Assembly (NCBI GenBank): GCA_030647355.1
Contig: JAUSIS010000006.1
Coordinates: 169,506 to 233,505, forward strand
Source of the DNA: a bacterium
GTDB lineage: Bacteria; Patescibacteriota; UBA1384; VFKW01
Length of the DNA stretch: 64,000 nt
Direction of reading: 5' to 3'
A program made the translations under genes and the position numbers. A model generated the notes under the pieces. The model saw only the letters and a program-made list of their open reading frames with translations, ran no database searches and was not told the DNA's origin. Below are positions 36,641 to 49,222 of this stretch, piece after piece (within the stretch, counting starts at the first letter, position 1; every line of letters starts with the position of its first letter).

Positions 36641-37117
36641 ATGACATCGTATACGGTAGTGTTGGGCCGGAAACTCGTTGCGCTACGGAAAAGCGAGTTA
36701 GTGTTCGTTAAGCAGGTGGTAGCTCACCACGATGAATACCTGAAGGCAATCGGGCTTTCTATGGAAGACATCTGTGAGCTAGTTTACGTTCACAAAGAAA
36801 TTCCCTTCCTGGAGGTGTATGCCAGGGGACTGAAGTATGAGTTCCGACTTACTTTGATTCCAGTAAGAGCTGGCGCAGCGTCAAAATCCCAAAAAGATTG
36901 GCGCGAAGTATTAGTTGCCAGCTGTCCTGGGCACGATGGGATCAATTGCAAGGGGCCGGGCCGGCTCGAATCTGACAGTTATCTGGACCCGGACAGCTAT
37001 GAAGACTTACTGGATGCCTTGCGTTCTGGTCCCACCAGAGACAAAGCCGAACCACCTTCGGCACTAGCCCTGTATCTTGGCGAGCGAGAGCTCGAAGAAC
37101 AAGAACAAGGTACCTGA
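36641..37117 (+). CDS. GC-rich hypothetical protein
   Basis: AGGGGGA RBS 7 nt before the ATG at 36641 (MTSYTVV...). No recognisable motifs. GC about 52%. Confidence 0.4.
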   Translation: MTSYTVVLGRKLVALRKSELVFVKQVVAHHDEYLKAIGLSMEDICELVYVHKEIPFLEVYARGLKYEFRLTLIPVRAGAASKSQKDWREVLVASCPGHDGINCKGPGRLESDSYLDPDSYEDLLDALRSGPTRDKAEPPSALALYLGERELEEQEQGT

Positions 37118-37131
37118 TATCACAAACCCAT

Positions 37132-37158
37132 GCCGCCTATCACAAGGTGGCTTTTTTC
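37132..37158 (+). terminator. rho-independent terminator
   Basis: gccgcc-tatcacaa-ggtggc (one G-U) followed by TTTTTTC. Confidence 0.45.
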
Positions 37159-37208
37159 ATATTAAATATTAACTCGACTATTAATCATAAAAACTATAAA
37201 ATTAAACT

Positions 37209-38993
37209 ATGCATTGCGCTAAGCTAAATAAAAAAGCTTTCACACTCATTGAATTACTCATAGTCATCTCCCTTATTGGGATATTGGCAGCTTTAATAAT
37301 TGTCGGGCTCCGAGCGGCACGATTTAAAGCCTTTGATGTCAAGAAAAAAGGAGATATCAGCCAGATTAATCGTACTCTGGAGGCATACGCCGCCGAACAC
37401 GAAGAGAGTTATCCCATTAGTTACTCGGACAATGGTTCCTGCACAGCATCAAATAGCGAGAAAATATCTGACAATTCTTGTGCCGGCAGAACACTCATTG
37501 AAAGTGGCTATCTAAGTTCTGTTCCCCGTAGCGTATTTGATTCGGTATATTCATATCTAAGTAATGGCAAAAACTATACCTTGCAAACTGCCCTATATTC
37601 GCAAGACAACTATTTTGTTGCAACCCCGGCAGGCCTTAGTCAGAAAAAAACTGACGATCCAGGACTGATCAGTCAAGAAGAAGAGAAAGTTCTGATTATT
37701 GTAAATAAAAATAGTCCCGAATCAATTGAAGTTGGTGAATACTACAAGATAAGAAGAAACGTTCCAAATAGTCCATTTCTGGTTGATGTCTCTGCAAGCT
37801 CAGAAACCATATCTGAGACCGACTATACCAATAAAATCGAAACCCCAATCAAAAATTATCTAACGTCAAATTCTCTCCAGACCAAAATCAACTATATTGT
37901 CTTAACTCATGGTATCCCATATAAAATAAATAGTGGTAGTAGCAACGGCCATGCTGTTGATTCAATGCTAGCTGGTATGTTCAGACCAGCAGGGTTAACG
38001 GTGAACCCGTACAAAAGGGTGATAAGCTACATAACAGGCTCCCATAATACTGGGATTCCTTTTGATACCAGCTTCGGCATTTATATGGTTATGCGCCTAG
38101 ACGGTCCTTCCTCAAAGATTGCCAAAGGACTAGTGGACAAAGCCATTTATGCCGGCAATTATCTGGGAGCTGGATCGGGATGGGCATATATGACTGGAGA
38201 ACCATATCTCCAAAATGCAATTACTGTACTTTGTGCGCCTGTAATTGCCGCTGGCTATGAATGTAAAAGCGACCCCGTCCACCTTGGCGGAATAAATGCC
38301 CTTTGGCATGTTTCTGGCGGCGACAATTATGGCAATTCATGGGACTCTTGGAGACCTGGTGCAATTCCTATACATTTTCAATCGTTTACCGCCCGTGACA
38401 CAATACGCGATACTGCTTCACGGTTAGCAGTTGTTAATAATCTAGCTGCTGACGCTACTGGGACATATGGAGCCTCCTCCGAACCTTATGCTTGGGGCAT
38501 TCCACAACCAAATGCCCTTCTAGACTATTTTTTGAATGGAAACGCGAGTTTGGGTATTAAGCATTTTAATTATGCACAATCAATATATATGGCAACACAA
38601 GTGATAAGATGGCGCTGGCTTGCCCTGGGTGATCCACTATACATAGCTCCTGATGATCCGGCGATCGACAGCGAGAAACCGAAAATTGACCACATCGTAA
38701 CCCAAAGAAATGGAAACACAATAACTGTCAGCTGGGATAACTATATTTCCCTGAATGGCTCACCAGAAGTAACTCATGGGGCAATAGACTATGGTTTAAC
38801 GCAATCGTATGGCCAAACTGTCTGGGACGAGACGGCTCTAATCTCCCTTGGTTTAACGAAAAAGAATTATCTAGCCCAGCATAAATTAACTATTATTAAT
38901 ACCGATCCAAGCCAAACTTACTATGTCAAAATCCGCGCTATAGATCCTACGGGAAACGAGTCTTTTAAGGAATTAACCATTCCTGTTTCCTAG
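37209..38993 (+). CDS. large type IV pilin-like protein (prepilin-type N-terminus; C-terminal fibronectin-III-like domain)
   Basis: KKAFTLIELLIVISLIGILAALII class III signal/pilin N-terminal helix. C-terminal TITVSWDNY...YYVKIRAIDPTGNES looks FN3-like. Confidence 0.6.
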   Translation: MHCAKLNKKAFTLIELLIVISLIGILAALIIVGLRAARFKAFDVKKKGDISQINRTLEAYAAEHEESYPISYSDNGSCTASNSEKISDNSCAGRTLIESGYLSSVPRSVFDSVYSYLSNGKNYTLQTALYSQDNYFVATPAGLSQKKTDDPGLISQEEEKVLIIVNKNSPESIEVGEYYKIRRNVPNSPFLVDVSASSETISETDYTNKIETPIKNYLTSNSLQTKINYIVLTHGIPYKINSGSSNGHAVDSMLAGMFRPAGLTVNPYKRVISYITGSHNTGIPFDTSFGIYMVMRLDGPSSKIAKGLVDKAIYAGNYLGAGSGWAYMTGEPYLQNAITVLCAPVIAAGYECKSDPVHLGGINALWHVSGGDNYGNSWDSWRPGAIPIHFQSFTARDTIRDTASRLAVVNNLAADATGTYGASSEPYAWGIPQPNALLDYFLNGNASLGIKHFNYAQSIYMATQVIRWRWLALGDPLYIAPDDPAIDSEKPKIDHIVTQRNGNTITVSWDNYISLNGSPEVTHGAIDYGLTQSYGQTVWDETALISLGLTKKNYLAQHKLTIINTDPSQTYYVKIRAIDPTGNESFKELTIPVS

Positions 38994-38997
38994 TAAT

Positions 38998-41013
38998 TTA
39001 TCGCTCCGACTTAATTATATCCCGTTGAATTTTCCGAAGCTCAATGAGTTCATCGCGCAGTGCTGCCGCCCACTCAAACTGCAACTCGCGAGCCGCTTCT
39101 TTCATCTCTTTCTCTTTGCGCTTGATTAAATCGTCAATATTGCCGCCGCGTGCCATCTCTTTTTCAACCGCATCCAAACCAGTTTCTTCCCCTTCGATTC
39201 TAGCGACAATTGAATTAATTTCTTTTTTAATACTTGCAGGAGTAATACCATGAATTTTATTATGCTCGAGCTGTATCTCTCGACGTCGGTTTGTCTCGCT
39301 AATTGCTTTTTTAAGCGAGTCTGTCATTACATCGGCATATAAAATAACTTTACCCTGCACATTCCTCGCCGCCCGCCCTATTGTCTGAATAAGCGATCTC
39401 TCTGATCGCAAAAACCCTTCTTTATCGGCATCCATTATTGCAACCAACGATACTTCAGGCAAATCTAAACCCTCTCGGAGTAGGTTAACCCCGACAATAA
39501 CATCGTAAGTCCCTTGCCTCAAATCTCGTAAAATCTCAATTCGCTCTAAAGTATCAACATCGCTATGCAAATAGCGTACTTTAACTCCATTTTGATTCAA
39601 ATATTCACTTAAATCTTCGGCCATTTTCTTTGTTAAGGTAGTCACTAGCACTCTTCCGTGTTTAGCGATTCGTTTTTCGATTTCTCCAACCAAATCCTCA
39701 ACCTGGTTTTCAATCGGCTTAACCTCCAATTCTGGGTCAATTAAGCCTGTTGGACGGATAATCTGCTCGACAATCTGCTGGCTATTTTGCAGTTCATATA
39801 CTGCCGGCGTAGCAGAAGTAAAGATAACGCGATTCATATATTTACTAAACTCGCCCCATCTTAATGGCCGATTATCACGGGCGGAAGGCAATCTGAACCC
39901 ATAATCAACCAAAGTGTTCTTTCTCGACTTATCGCCTTCGTACATCGCTCCGATTTGTGGTACAGTTACATGCGACTCGTCAATAATCATTAAAAAATCC
40001 CTGCCTCGAGCGGAGTCGAGAGGATCCATAGCAAAATAATCGAGCAAAGTATTAGGCGCCGATCCGGCTGGTCTTCCCTCTAAATGTCTCGAATAATTTT
40101 CGATCCCGTTGCAATAACCAACTTCTCGCATCATTACCAGATCGTATTTTGTACGTCTAAATAACCGCTCAGCTTCGGGTATTTTCCCCGTCGAGCGCAA
40201 ATGTCCCACTTGCTCATTCATCTCTTTCTCAATCTCCCTGAAAGCAACCTCTGCTTTTTCCGGATCCATAACATAGTGCCGTGCTGGAAAAATCGTTAAA
40301 TATTTTACCTGTTCACGTTCTCTGCCGGTTGTAAAATCGCGGACGCAAATTCGGTCAATTTCGTCCCCGGAAAATTCAATTCTGAAAATAATTTCCTGAT
40401 TTACAGGCACTAATTCAACTATATCACCTTTCGCCCGAAAATTTCCCCTCGCCAGCGAAACTTCATTTCGAATATATTGCATCTCGACTAATCGTTTGAT
40501 TAAATTTTCTCTTCCCAGCTTTTCGCCTTTATTTATCATCAAAACAACATTTTTATACGCTTCGGGCGAACCTACTCCATAAATACACGAAACAGAAGCA
40601 ACGATAATCACATCTTTCCTAGTTAAAAGTGCTTGCGTCGAAGCATGTCGTAATCGGTCAATTTCGTCATTAATCTGTGCTTCTTTTTCTATATACGTAT
40701 CCGTTGTCGGTAAATATGCTTCCGGTTGATAGTAGTCATAATAAGAAACGAAATACTCAACTGCATTTTCCGGAAAAAAGTCTCGAAATTCCTGACAAAG
40801 CTGTGCCGCTAATGTTTTGTTATGAGCAATAACCAAAGTCGGCTTTTGTATGCGATCAATCACATTAGCAATCGTGAATGTCTTACCGGAACCTGTCACG
40901 CCCAAAAGAGTCTGCATTCTAAACTCTTTCTGCAGACCTTCGGTTAATTTATCAATTGCCTTTGGCTGATCACCCGCCGGCTTAAATTTACTTTTGATCT
41001 TAAACTTTTCCAT
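38998..41013 (-). CDS. uvrB: excinuclease ABC subunit B
   Basis: Helicase motifs ([16 protein letters not shown]), beta-hairpin and C-terminal UVR domain. Length 671 aa. Confidence 0.9.
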   Translation of the reverse strand: MEKFKIKSKFKPAGDQPKAIDKLTEGLQKEFRMQTLLGVTGSGKTFTIANVIDRIQKPTLVIAHNKTLAAQLCQEFRDFFPENAVEYFVSYYDYYQPEAYLPTTDTYIEKEAQINDEIDRLRHASTQALLTRKDVIIVASVSCIYGVGSPEAYKNVVLMINKGEKLGRENLIKRLVEMQYIRNEVSLARGNFRAKGDIVELVPVNQEIIFRIEFSGDEIDRICVRDFTTGREREQVKYLTIFPARHYVMDPEKAEVAFREIEKEMNEQVGHLRSTGKIPEAERLFRRTKYDLVMMREVGYCNGIENYSRHLEGRPAGSAPNTLLDYFAMDPLDSARGRDFLMIIDESHVTVPQIGAMYEGDKSRKNTLVDYGFRLPSARDNRPLRWGEFSKYMNRVIFTSATPAVYELQNSQQIVEQIIRPTGLIDPELEVKPIENQVEDLVGEIEKRIAKHGRVLVTTLTKKMAEDLSEYLNQNGVKVRYLHSDVDTLERIEILRDLRQGTYDVIVGVNLLREGLDLPEVSLVAIMDADKEGFLRSERSLIQTIGRAARNVQGKVILYADVMTDSLKKAISETNRRREIQLEHNKIHGITPASIKKEINSIVARIEGEETGLDAVEKEMARGGNIDDLIKRKEKEMKEAARELQFEWAAALRDELIELRKIQRDIIKSER

Positions 41014-41020
41014 TTTTCAC

Positions 41021-41112
41021 TCTTTTTTAGTTGGAGAATAATGCGATGAGGCGAGTTAAACGTAGTGCATCCGCCTCCGCCGGTTGGCGGAGGAACGCTC
41101 ACCGAATTGCGT
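41021..41112. other. nested inverted-repeat element immediately upstream of uvrB (11-bp outer stem, perfect 8-bp GC inner hairpin)
   Basis: Outer ttggagaataa / ttattctccaa. Inner cctccgcc-ggtt-ggcggagg at 41064-41083. Confidence 0.4.
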
Positions 41113-41549
41113 TATTCTCCAACTAGCTTATTATAGACGAACAAATACCGAAAATCCAGCTGTTGAGCCAAGCTCATGCTTGACGAGTTTTATTTTTCTG
41201 GAAGCGAAAGATATTCCTACGCTTCAAAAGAAGTCGTGCAGGGGTATGGGATTGTAAGGGACATAGGGGGCGACTTCTGCTCGTCATTTACATAGATCGG
41301 CGGAGCCGAATCTGCTTACATCAGCCCGCCCTGATTCGCCGACAGAGTCGGCGACGGATAACAACGAGCCCCCTTAACCCTTACATACAAAACCTGTGGA
41401 TAACCCGATTTCAGGTGTATAGAATTTAGGAATTTTACAGGAAGTGAACCTGTTAATCGGTTGGAACCTAACCAACCTATTGACAAGGTTAGACATATCT
41501 TTAACAATACAAATAGAAAGAAAAAAGGTTTGGAAAGGAGGTGATTAAA

Positions 41550-41753
41550 ATGGCATACAGTGTAACATCCAAAAAAAGCGGACGCGCTTATAATCTGCAC
41601 ATGAAAGAAGTTACTCTGCGCGGAGGACGCAAACAGGTTATCTACTTCTTCGCACAAGATGTAAGAGAAGGTGCATTGGACAAACTTCCTGAAGGATATG
41701 AAGTTATGGAAAATGAAAGAACTGGTCTTCCAATGTTGAGGAAAGCTAGATAA
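41550..41753 (+). CDS. small basic conserved-looking protein (67 aa), hypothetical
   Basis: Strong GGAGGTG RBS 7 nt before the ATG (MAYSVTSKKSGRAYNLHMKEVTLRGGRKQVIYFF...). Followed by a clean terminator. Confidence 0.55.
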   Translation: MAYSVTSKKSGRAYNLHMKEVTLRGGRKQVIYFFAQDVREGALDKLPEGYEVMENERTGLPMLRKAR

Positions 41754-41774
41754 ATAAAACATATTGATGTAAAG

Positions 41775-41802
41775 AAAAAACTCTGAATACAGAGTTTTTT
41801 CT
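41775..41802 (+). terminator. rho-independent terminator
   Basis: aaaactctg-aata-cagagtttt followed by a T-run. Confidence 0.55.
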
Positions 41803-41856
41803 GTTTAGTTAAAAAAACTCTGTTATATCCGAGAAAAACCTGCTATAATAATCACT

Positions 41857-43242
41857 ATGAAACGAATAAATCTCATATTTACCGTACTTCAAGTGCCTAT
41901 TGATGCCATCATGATTTTTCTAGCTCTGGCCAGTTCTTTTCTAATACGAACTTCCGGCCAAACTGAAATATATCGCTGGACATTTTCCGGGTATCTCCAT
42001 TTAATTCTAATTTCTCTGCCAGTTTGGATAATTATTTTCTTCACCCAAGGGCTGTACCGCATTAAGCAACCCTTACGCGGCTTAACAGAATATGCCTCCC
42101 TAACAATAGCCACCCTAGCCAGCTGGGCAATGTACATAGTGGGACTGTATTTTTATCGCTCCGAAAATACTATAGTTTTTCCCCGTTTAATTTTATTATA
42201 TTCACTGATTTTAAGTTTTAGTTTTGTCTTAATCGGCCGCTGGATGATGTATTCTATCCGAAGGCTGATATATCAAATAGGAACCGGCGTGCGAGTACTC
42301 CTAATTGGCAGCAACAACTCCATTTCGCAGTTTATTGCCAGAGAATTAGATAGCAACAAAAAATATGGCTATCATATAGTAAAGCAAATAGACCAAGGAG
42401 CTTTGGCTAACTTCAATATAGATAAGTTTAATAAAAGTAATAAAATAGACGAGATCATCGTTTCTGCACCGAATATTCCTGATGAAAAACTTTTACCGAT
42501 TCTGGAATATTGTGAGAACAATCATATTGTTTATAAAATGGTTCCCAATTTATTTGAAATGCACACCAGCCATGCGCAAAATTTGACGTTTCTAGGCATA
42601 CCGGTCGTTGAACTTATTTATACACCTCTGCAGGGTTGGGGCAAAATAGTAAAACGAATAATGGATATCTTCATAAGCGCAATAGCGCTAATTATTCTTT
42701 CTCCGATCATGCTTCTGGTAGCTTTACTGATTAAGCTTAGCTCTGAAGGCCCCGTATTCTACAGACAGCGCCGCGTCGGTCAAGACAGTACACACTTCGA
42801 TCTTCTAAAATTCCGCTCAATGCGACCTGACGCCGAGAAGCAATTAGAGAAAGTCTTACAAGACCCTTCGCTGAAAGAAGAATTTGAGAAGAATTTCAAA
42901 TTAAAAAACGATCCCCGGATTACTTCAATAGGAAGACTGATTCGCCGGACAAATTTAGACGAGCTCCCGCAATTTATTAATGTTATAAAAGGCGAGATGA
43001 GCTTAGTCGGCCCGCGGCCGATAGTTGATGCCGAAATGGATAAATATGGAATTTACTGCAACAAACGCCATATTGTCAAACCGGGCATAACAGGATTTTG
43101 GCAGGTGAATGGCCGCAACGAAGTTGCCTACGAAGAAAGAATACGCCTCGATTCATACTACATAGAAAACTGGTCAATTTGGCTGGATATTTCTATTTGT
43201 GTTAAGACAATCCTAAGCTTCGTCAACAAAAATGCCTACTAA
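41857..43242 (+). CDS. polyprenyl-phosphate sugar phosphotransferase (bacterial sugar transferase, WbaP-like)
   Basis: N-terminal TM helices. C-terminal LDELPQFINVIKGEMSLVGPRP signature. Confidence 0.75.
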   Translation: MKRINLIFTVLQVPIDAIMIFLALASSFLIRTSGQTEIYRWTFSGYLHLILISLPVWIIIFFTQGLYRIKQPLRGLTEYASLTIATLASWAMYIVGLYFYRSENTIVFPRLILLYSLILSFSFVLIGRWMMYSIRRLIYQIGTGVRVLLIGSNNSISQFIARELDSNKKYGYHIVKQIDQGALANFNIDKFNKSNKIDEIIVSAPNIPDEKLLPILEYCENNHIVYKMVPNLFEMHTSHAQNLTFLGIPVVELIYTPLQGWGKIVKRIMDIFISAIALIILSPIMLLVALLIKLSSEGPVFYRQRRVGQDSTHFDLLKFRSMRPDAEKQLEKVLQDPSLKEEFEKNFKLKNDPRITSIGRLIRRTNLDELPQFINVIKGEMSLVGPRPIVDAEMDKYGIYCNKRHIVKPGITGFWQVNGRNEVAYEERIRLDSYYIENWSIWLDISICVKTILSFVNKNAY

Positions 43243-44323
43243 AGAACCTAAAATAGCTTTAATCCATGACTGGCTGACTGTACCAGGCGGTTCTGAGCGT
43301 GTCCTAGAAGTCCTACATAAAATGTATCCCGAAGCACCGATATTTACAACGATTTATAATAAAAAGAACTTCCCCCAATTTAGTGATGCTAAAATTATCA
43401 CTTCTCATCTAGATAAAATTCCCCTTGCCCACAAAAAATACCAGATTTTCATTCCGCTAATGCCAAAAGCTGTTGAAAGCTACGATCTCTCTAATTATGA
43501 TATTATCATCTCTGATTCTCATGCTTGCGCCAAAGGTGCCATTAAGGCAAAAGGCGCTTACCACATCTGCTACTGCCATACTCCCCTGCGTTATGTTTGG
43601 TTCCCCGACATTGACCAGCGGGCTAATTCATCATGGATTCGTAAAAAGGCCGCCAACTACTTAAAAAAATGGGATCTTGCCACTATTAATCGAGTTGATG
43701 AATATTATGGAAATTCCAACTATATTTGTCAAAGAATAAAAACTATCTATCATAGAGACGCCGGGACCATCTATCCACCTGTTGATATAAATAAATGGAA
43801 AACTTCAGATCGAGTTGGGAAATATTTCCTATTCGTTAGCCGCCTGGTGAGTCATAAAAAAGCCGAGATCGTAATTGAAGCATTCAATCGGCTGGAACGT
43901 CCATTGAAAATAGTAGGCGATGGTCCCGAGCTGGAGAATTTAAGAAAGATAGCAAAACCTAATATTGAATTTACCGGACGAATTAGTGATGATGAATTGA
44001 AAAATATTTATAGCCAAACCCAGGCACTTATTTTTCCTTCAATTGACGATTTTGGAATCGTACCGATCGAAGTTATGGCATCGGGGCGGCCGGTTATAGC
44101 AATAAATAAAGGTGGAGCATCGGAAACTATTGTTGAAGGAAAAACTGGATTGCATTTTGAAAACGTAACGCCTGAAGCAATCATCTCCGCAGTTCAAAAG
44201 TTTAATTTAAACAACTTTGATTCATCTGAAATTCGCCAATGGGCAGAAAAATTTGACACCTCGCTATTTATAGATAATATTAAAAAAGCGGTTGCCAAAG
44301 CCACAGACAAGCTGGAAAAATAA
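43232..44323 (+). CDS. GT4-family glycosyltransferase
   Basis: C-terminal EFTGR...IFPSIDDFGIVPIEVMASGRPVIA (GT4 EX7E region). Overlaps the upstream gene. Confidence 0.7.
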   Translation: MPTKEPKIALIHDWLTVPGGSERVLEVLHKMYPEAPIFTTIYNKKNFPQFSDAKIITSHLDKIPLAHKKYQIFIPLMPKAVESYDLSNYDIIISDSHACAKGAIKAKGAYHICYCHTPLRYVWFPDIDQRANSSWIRKKAANYLKKWDLATINRVDEYYGNSNYICQRIKTIYHRDAGTIYPPVDINKWKTSDRVGKYFLFVSRLVSHKKAEIVIEAFNRLERPLKIVGDGPELENLRKIAKPNIEFTGRISDDELKNIYSQTQALIFPSIDDFGIVPIEVMASGRPVIAINKGGASETIVEGKTGLHFENVTPEAIISAVQKFNLNNFDSSEIRQWAEKFDTSLFIDNIKKAVAKATDKLEK

Positions 44324-44402
44324 ATTATTTCATCATTGCCAACAGCTTATGAAAGACTTAGCTATTTATGAATTTTTGCAGTTCAGTTGACCGGATTGCC
44401 TT

Positions 44403-44431
44403 TTGCTTTTCGTGTCAAAATAAGATACAAT
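44403..44431 (+). promoter_or_regulatory. sigma70-like promoter (TTGCTT-17-TACAAT)
   Basis: Sequence inspection upstream of gyrB. Confidence 0.4.
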
Positions 44432-44456
44432 AGTATAGAATGTTGCCAGAAACTAG

Positions 44457-46538
<2,082 letters not shown>

Positions 46539-46552
46539 GTATCGGAGAAATT

Positions 46553-49132
46553 ATGGACGAACCAAATAACGGGACATTAAATTTCGATTCATCTGGGCAA
46601 TTGCCCGAAGGCGGCAAAAAAACTGCCTATGGTCTGATAAAGCCGCGCTCTATCGAAGATGAAATGCAGCAGTCGTATATTGACTATGCTATGACCGTCA
46701 TTGTGTCGCGTGCCTTGCCTGATGTCCGTGACGGTTTGAAACCGGTTCATCGTCGAGTTCTTTATGCAATGTGGGATACTGGTCTTAAGTCAAACTCAAA
46801 ATACCGAAAATGTGCCGCAGTAGTTGGTGAAGTTTTGAAAGCTTACCATCCGCACGGCGATATAGCTGTCTATGACACCTTAGTTCGCATGGCGCAAAAC
46901 TTTTCTATGCGTTATCCGTTGGTTGATGGACAAGGGAATTTTGGCTCCATGGATGGTGACAGTCCGGCCGCTATGCGATATACGGAAGCACGCATGGCTG
47001 GGATCTCCGAAGAGCTATTAACCGATATCGAAAGAGATACTGTAGATTTTGCCGATAACTATGATGGCACTACCAAAGAGCCGAAAGTCCTTCCTGCTCG
47101 GCTACCGGATTTACTCTTAAATGGTAGTATGGGTATCGCGGTTGGAATGATGACCAACATACCGCCGCACAATCTCACTGAAATTACTGATGCCATAATT
47201 CATTTAATAGATCAACCCGAAGCTGGCCTTGATGATTTAATGCAATATATTCAAGGGCCCGATTTCCCAACTGGTGCTAATATCTATAACCATGAGGATA
47301 TTAAAACCGCTTATTCTACCGGTAAGGGCAGGATTATGATACGAGCCACAGCGAATATTGAGGAGCAGAAAAATGGCTTCCGAATTATTGTTTCCGAATT
47401 ACCTTATCAGGTAAATAAAGCCGATTTAATAAGTAAAATAGCCGACTTAGTCAAAGATAAAAAAATCGAAGGCGTTTCCGATCTGCGCGATGAATCAGAT
47501 CGCAAAGAAGGCGTCCGGATTGTCATCGAACTAAAATCCAACGCCTATCCAAAAAAAATCCTCAATAGATTATTTGAACTCACTGCTATGCAAACAGCTT
47601 TCCATGTCAACATGTTAGCCCTGGTTGACGGAATCCAACCTCGCGTCTTAACCATTAAAAATATACTGGAAGAATATATTAAACACCGCCAAGTTGTAGT
47701 TGAGCGCCGCACCAAATTCGATTTAAATAAAGCTAAAGACCGCGCTCACATATTAGAGGGATTGCTAATCGCCCTAGATCATATTGACGAAGTCATAACT
47801 ACCATCAGAAGCTCCCAAACACGGGAAATTGCCCATCAGAATCTATGCAAAAAATTCAAACTGACAGATCCTCAATCGTCCGCTATCTTAGAGATGCGTC
47901 TATCCGCTCTTGCCGGCTTAGAGCGTCAGCGAGTCAAAGATGAATACCTAGAGAAGATTAAAGCAATTGCGTCGCTCGAAGCCATTCTCGCCGACCAAGA
48001 CGAAATACTAAAGATAATCAAAGATGAAGTTATCGAAATAAAAGCCAAGTATGGCGACAAGCGTCGAACCCAAGTATTCAAAAACCCTATTGGCGAGTTC
48101 TCGGCAACCGACCTAATTCCCAACGAACAAGAAATCGTCACTATTACTAAGGGTAACTATATTAAAAGAGTCCCGGCTAATACCTATAAAAGTCAAATTC
48201 GCGGCGGAAAAGGCGTTATGGGTATGACCACGAAAGAAGAAGATATCGTCGAATATATGCTTTCTGCTAGTACTCACGATGATATATTTTTCTTTACAGA
48301 CAAAGGCCGCATATTCCAGACAAAAGTTTACGATCTACCTACTTCATCTCGCCAAGCAAAGGGACAAGCACTGGTCAATGTCATTCAGATTAGCCAAGAA
48401 GAGAAAGTCACGGCTGTCATTACACTTAATGAAGAAAGTAAGCATAAAGCCGACTATTTCTTGATGGCAACCACAAAAGGTGTAGTGAAAAAAACCGAGA
48501 TAAACGCGTACAAAAACGTCCGTAAAACAGGGATAATTGCTATCAAGCTAAATGGTAATGACGAGCTTAAATGGGTCTGCACAACAAAAGGCGATGACAA
48601 TGTCTTCCAAATTACTACTAAAGGTCAAGCGATTATGTATAGCGAACAAGATATAAGGCCAATGGGACGATCTGCCGCGGGCGTACGTGGCATAAAACTA
48701 CGAACCGATGACAGCGTAGTCTCTACCGATATTGTTACTAAAGAACAATTGGAAACAGTTGATAGGCATCACCCGGCACCGGATATTCTGATCGTTCTCG
48801 AAAATGGCTTAGGTAAACGCACAAGTACCGAACATTTTCGAGCTCAAATTCGTGGTGGAATAGGAATGAAAGCGGCTAATGTTACCGATCGAACTGGCAA
48901 AGTCGTCGGCGCCCAAATTACCCTGGGAGATAAAGGTGATGTGATTATAGTATCGCAACAGGGTCAGTTAATAAGATTGTCGCTTAAATCTATCAAAAGA
49001 CTCGGCCGAGATACGCAGGGAGTTACCCTTATGAGATTCAATAATCACGATTTTATTGCTTCCGTCACCGTCGTTTACGATGAGGACAAGGATCAAGAAA
49101 AACCCCAGGAAGACGAGCTCCCAATTAAATAA
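46553..49132 (+). CDS. gyrA: DNA gyrase subunit A
   Basis: [10 protein letters not shown] active-site Tyr region and C-terminal beta-pinwheel repeats. Length 859 aa. Confidence 0.9.
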   Translation: MDEPNNGTLNFDSSGQLPEGGKKTAYGLIKPRSIEDEMQQSYIDYAMTVIVSRALPDVRDGLKPVHRRVLYAMWDTGLKSNSKYRKCAAVVGEVLKAYHPHGDIAVYDTLVRMAQNFSMRYPLVDGQGNFGSMDGDSPAAMRYTEARMAGISEELLTDIERDTVDFADNYDGTTKEPKVLPARLPDLLLNGSMGIAVGMMTNIPPHNLTEITDAIIHLIDQPEAGLDDLMQYIQGPDFPTGANIYNHEDIKTAYSTGKGRIMIRATANIEEQKNGFRIIVSELPYQVNKADLISKIADLVKDKKIEGVSDLRDESDRKEGVRIVIELKSNAYPKKILNRLFELTAMQTAFHVNMLALVDGIQPRVLTIKNILEEYIKHRQVVVERRTKFDLNKAKDRAHILEGLLIALDHIDEVITTIRSSQTREIAHQNLCKKFKLTDPQSSAILEMRLSALAGLERQRVKDEYLEKIKAIASLEAILADQDEILKIIKDEVIEIKAKYGDKRRTQVFKNPIGEFSATDLIPNEQEIVTITKGNYIKRVPANTYKSQIRGGKGVMGMTTKEEDIVEYMLSASTHDDIFFFTDKGRIFQTKVYDLPTSSRQAKGQALVNVIQISQEEKVTAVITLNEESKHKADYFLMATTKGVVKKTEINAYKNVRKTGIIAIKLNGNDELKWVCTTKGDDNVFQITTKGQAIMYSEQDIRPMGRSAAGVRGIKLRTDDSVVSTDIVTKEQLETVDRHHPAPDILIVLENGLGKRTSTEHFRAQIRGGIGMKAANVTDRTGKVVGAQITLGDKGDVIIVSQQGQLIRLSLKSIKRLGRDTQGVTLMRFNNHDFIASVTVVYDEDKDQEKPQEDELPIK

Positions 49133-49170
49133 CCGAAGGGATTTTATAAGCCCAAATTACATAAATCGGC

Positions 49171-49199
49171 TTGTCTTATAGTTTATTTTCTGGTATAAT
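49171..49199 (+). promoter_or_regulatory. sigma70-like promoter (TTGTCT-17-TATAAT)
   Basis: Sequence inspection upstream of infB. Confidence 0.45.
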
Positions 49200-49222
49200 T
49201 ACGTCTAAAGGCAGAGTTTATT

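Noticed and set aside
41130-41520. tmRNA / RNase P RNA / SRP RNA hypothesis for the structured region
   Set aside because: No GGTTCGA-type T-arm plus CCA tRNA-like domain on either strand. No RNase P (AGTCCGGGC-like) or SRP domain IV motifs were found by eye. Left as an unclassified structured element.
41316-41762. Minus-strand 148-aa ORF over the structured intergenic element
   Set aside because: Phe/Ser-rich and low-complexity. It overlaps the well-supported plus-strand small gene at 41550-41753, which has a strong RBS and terminator.
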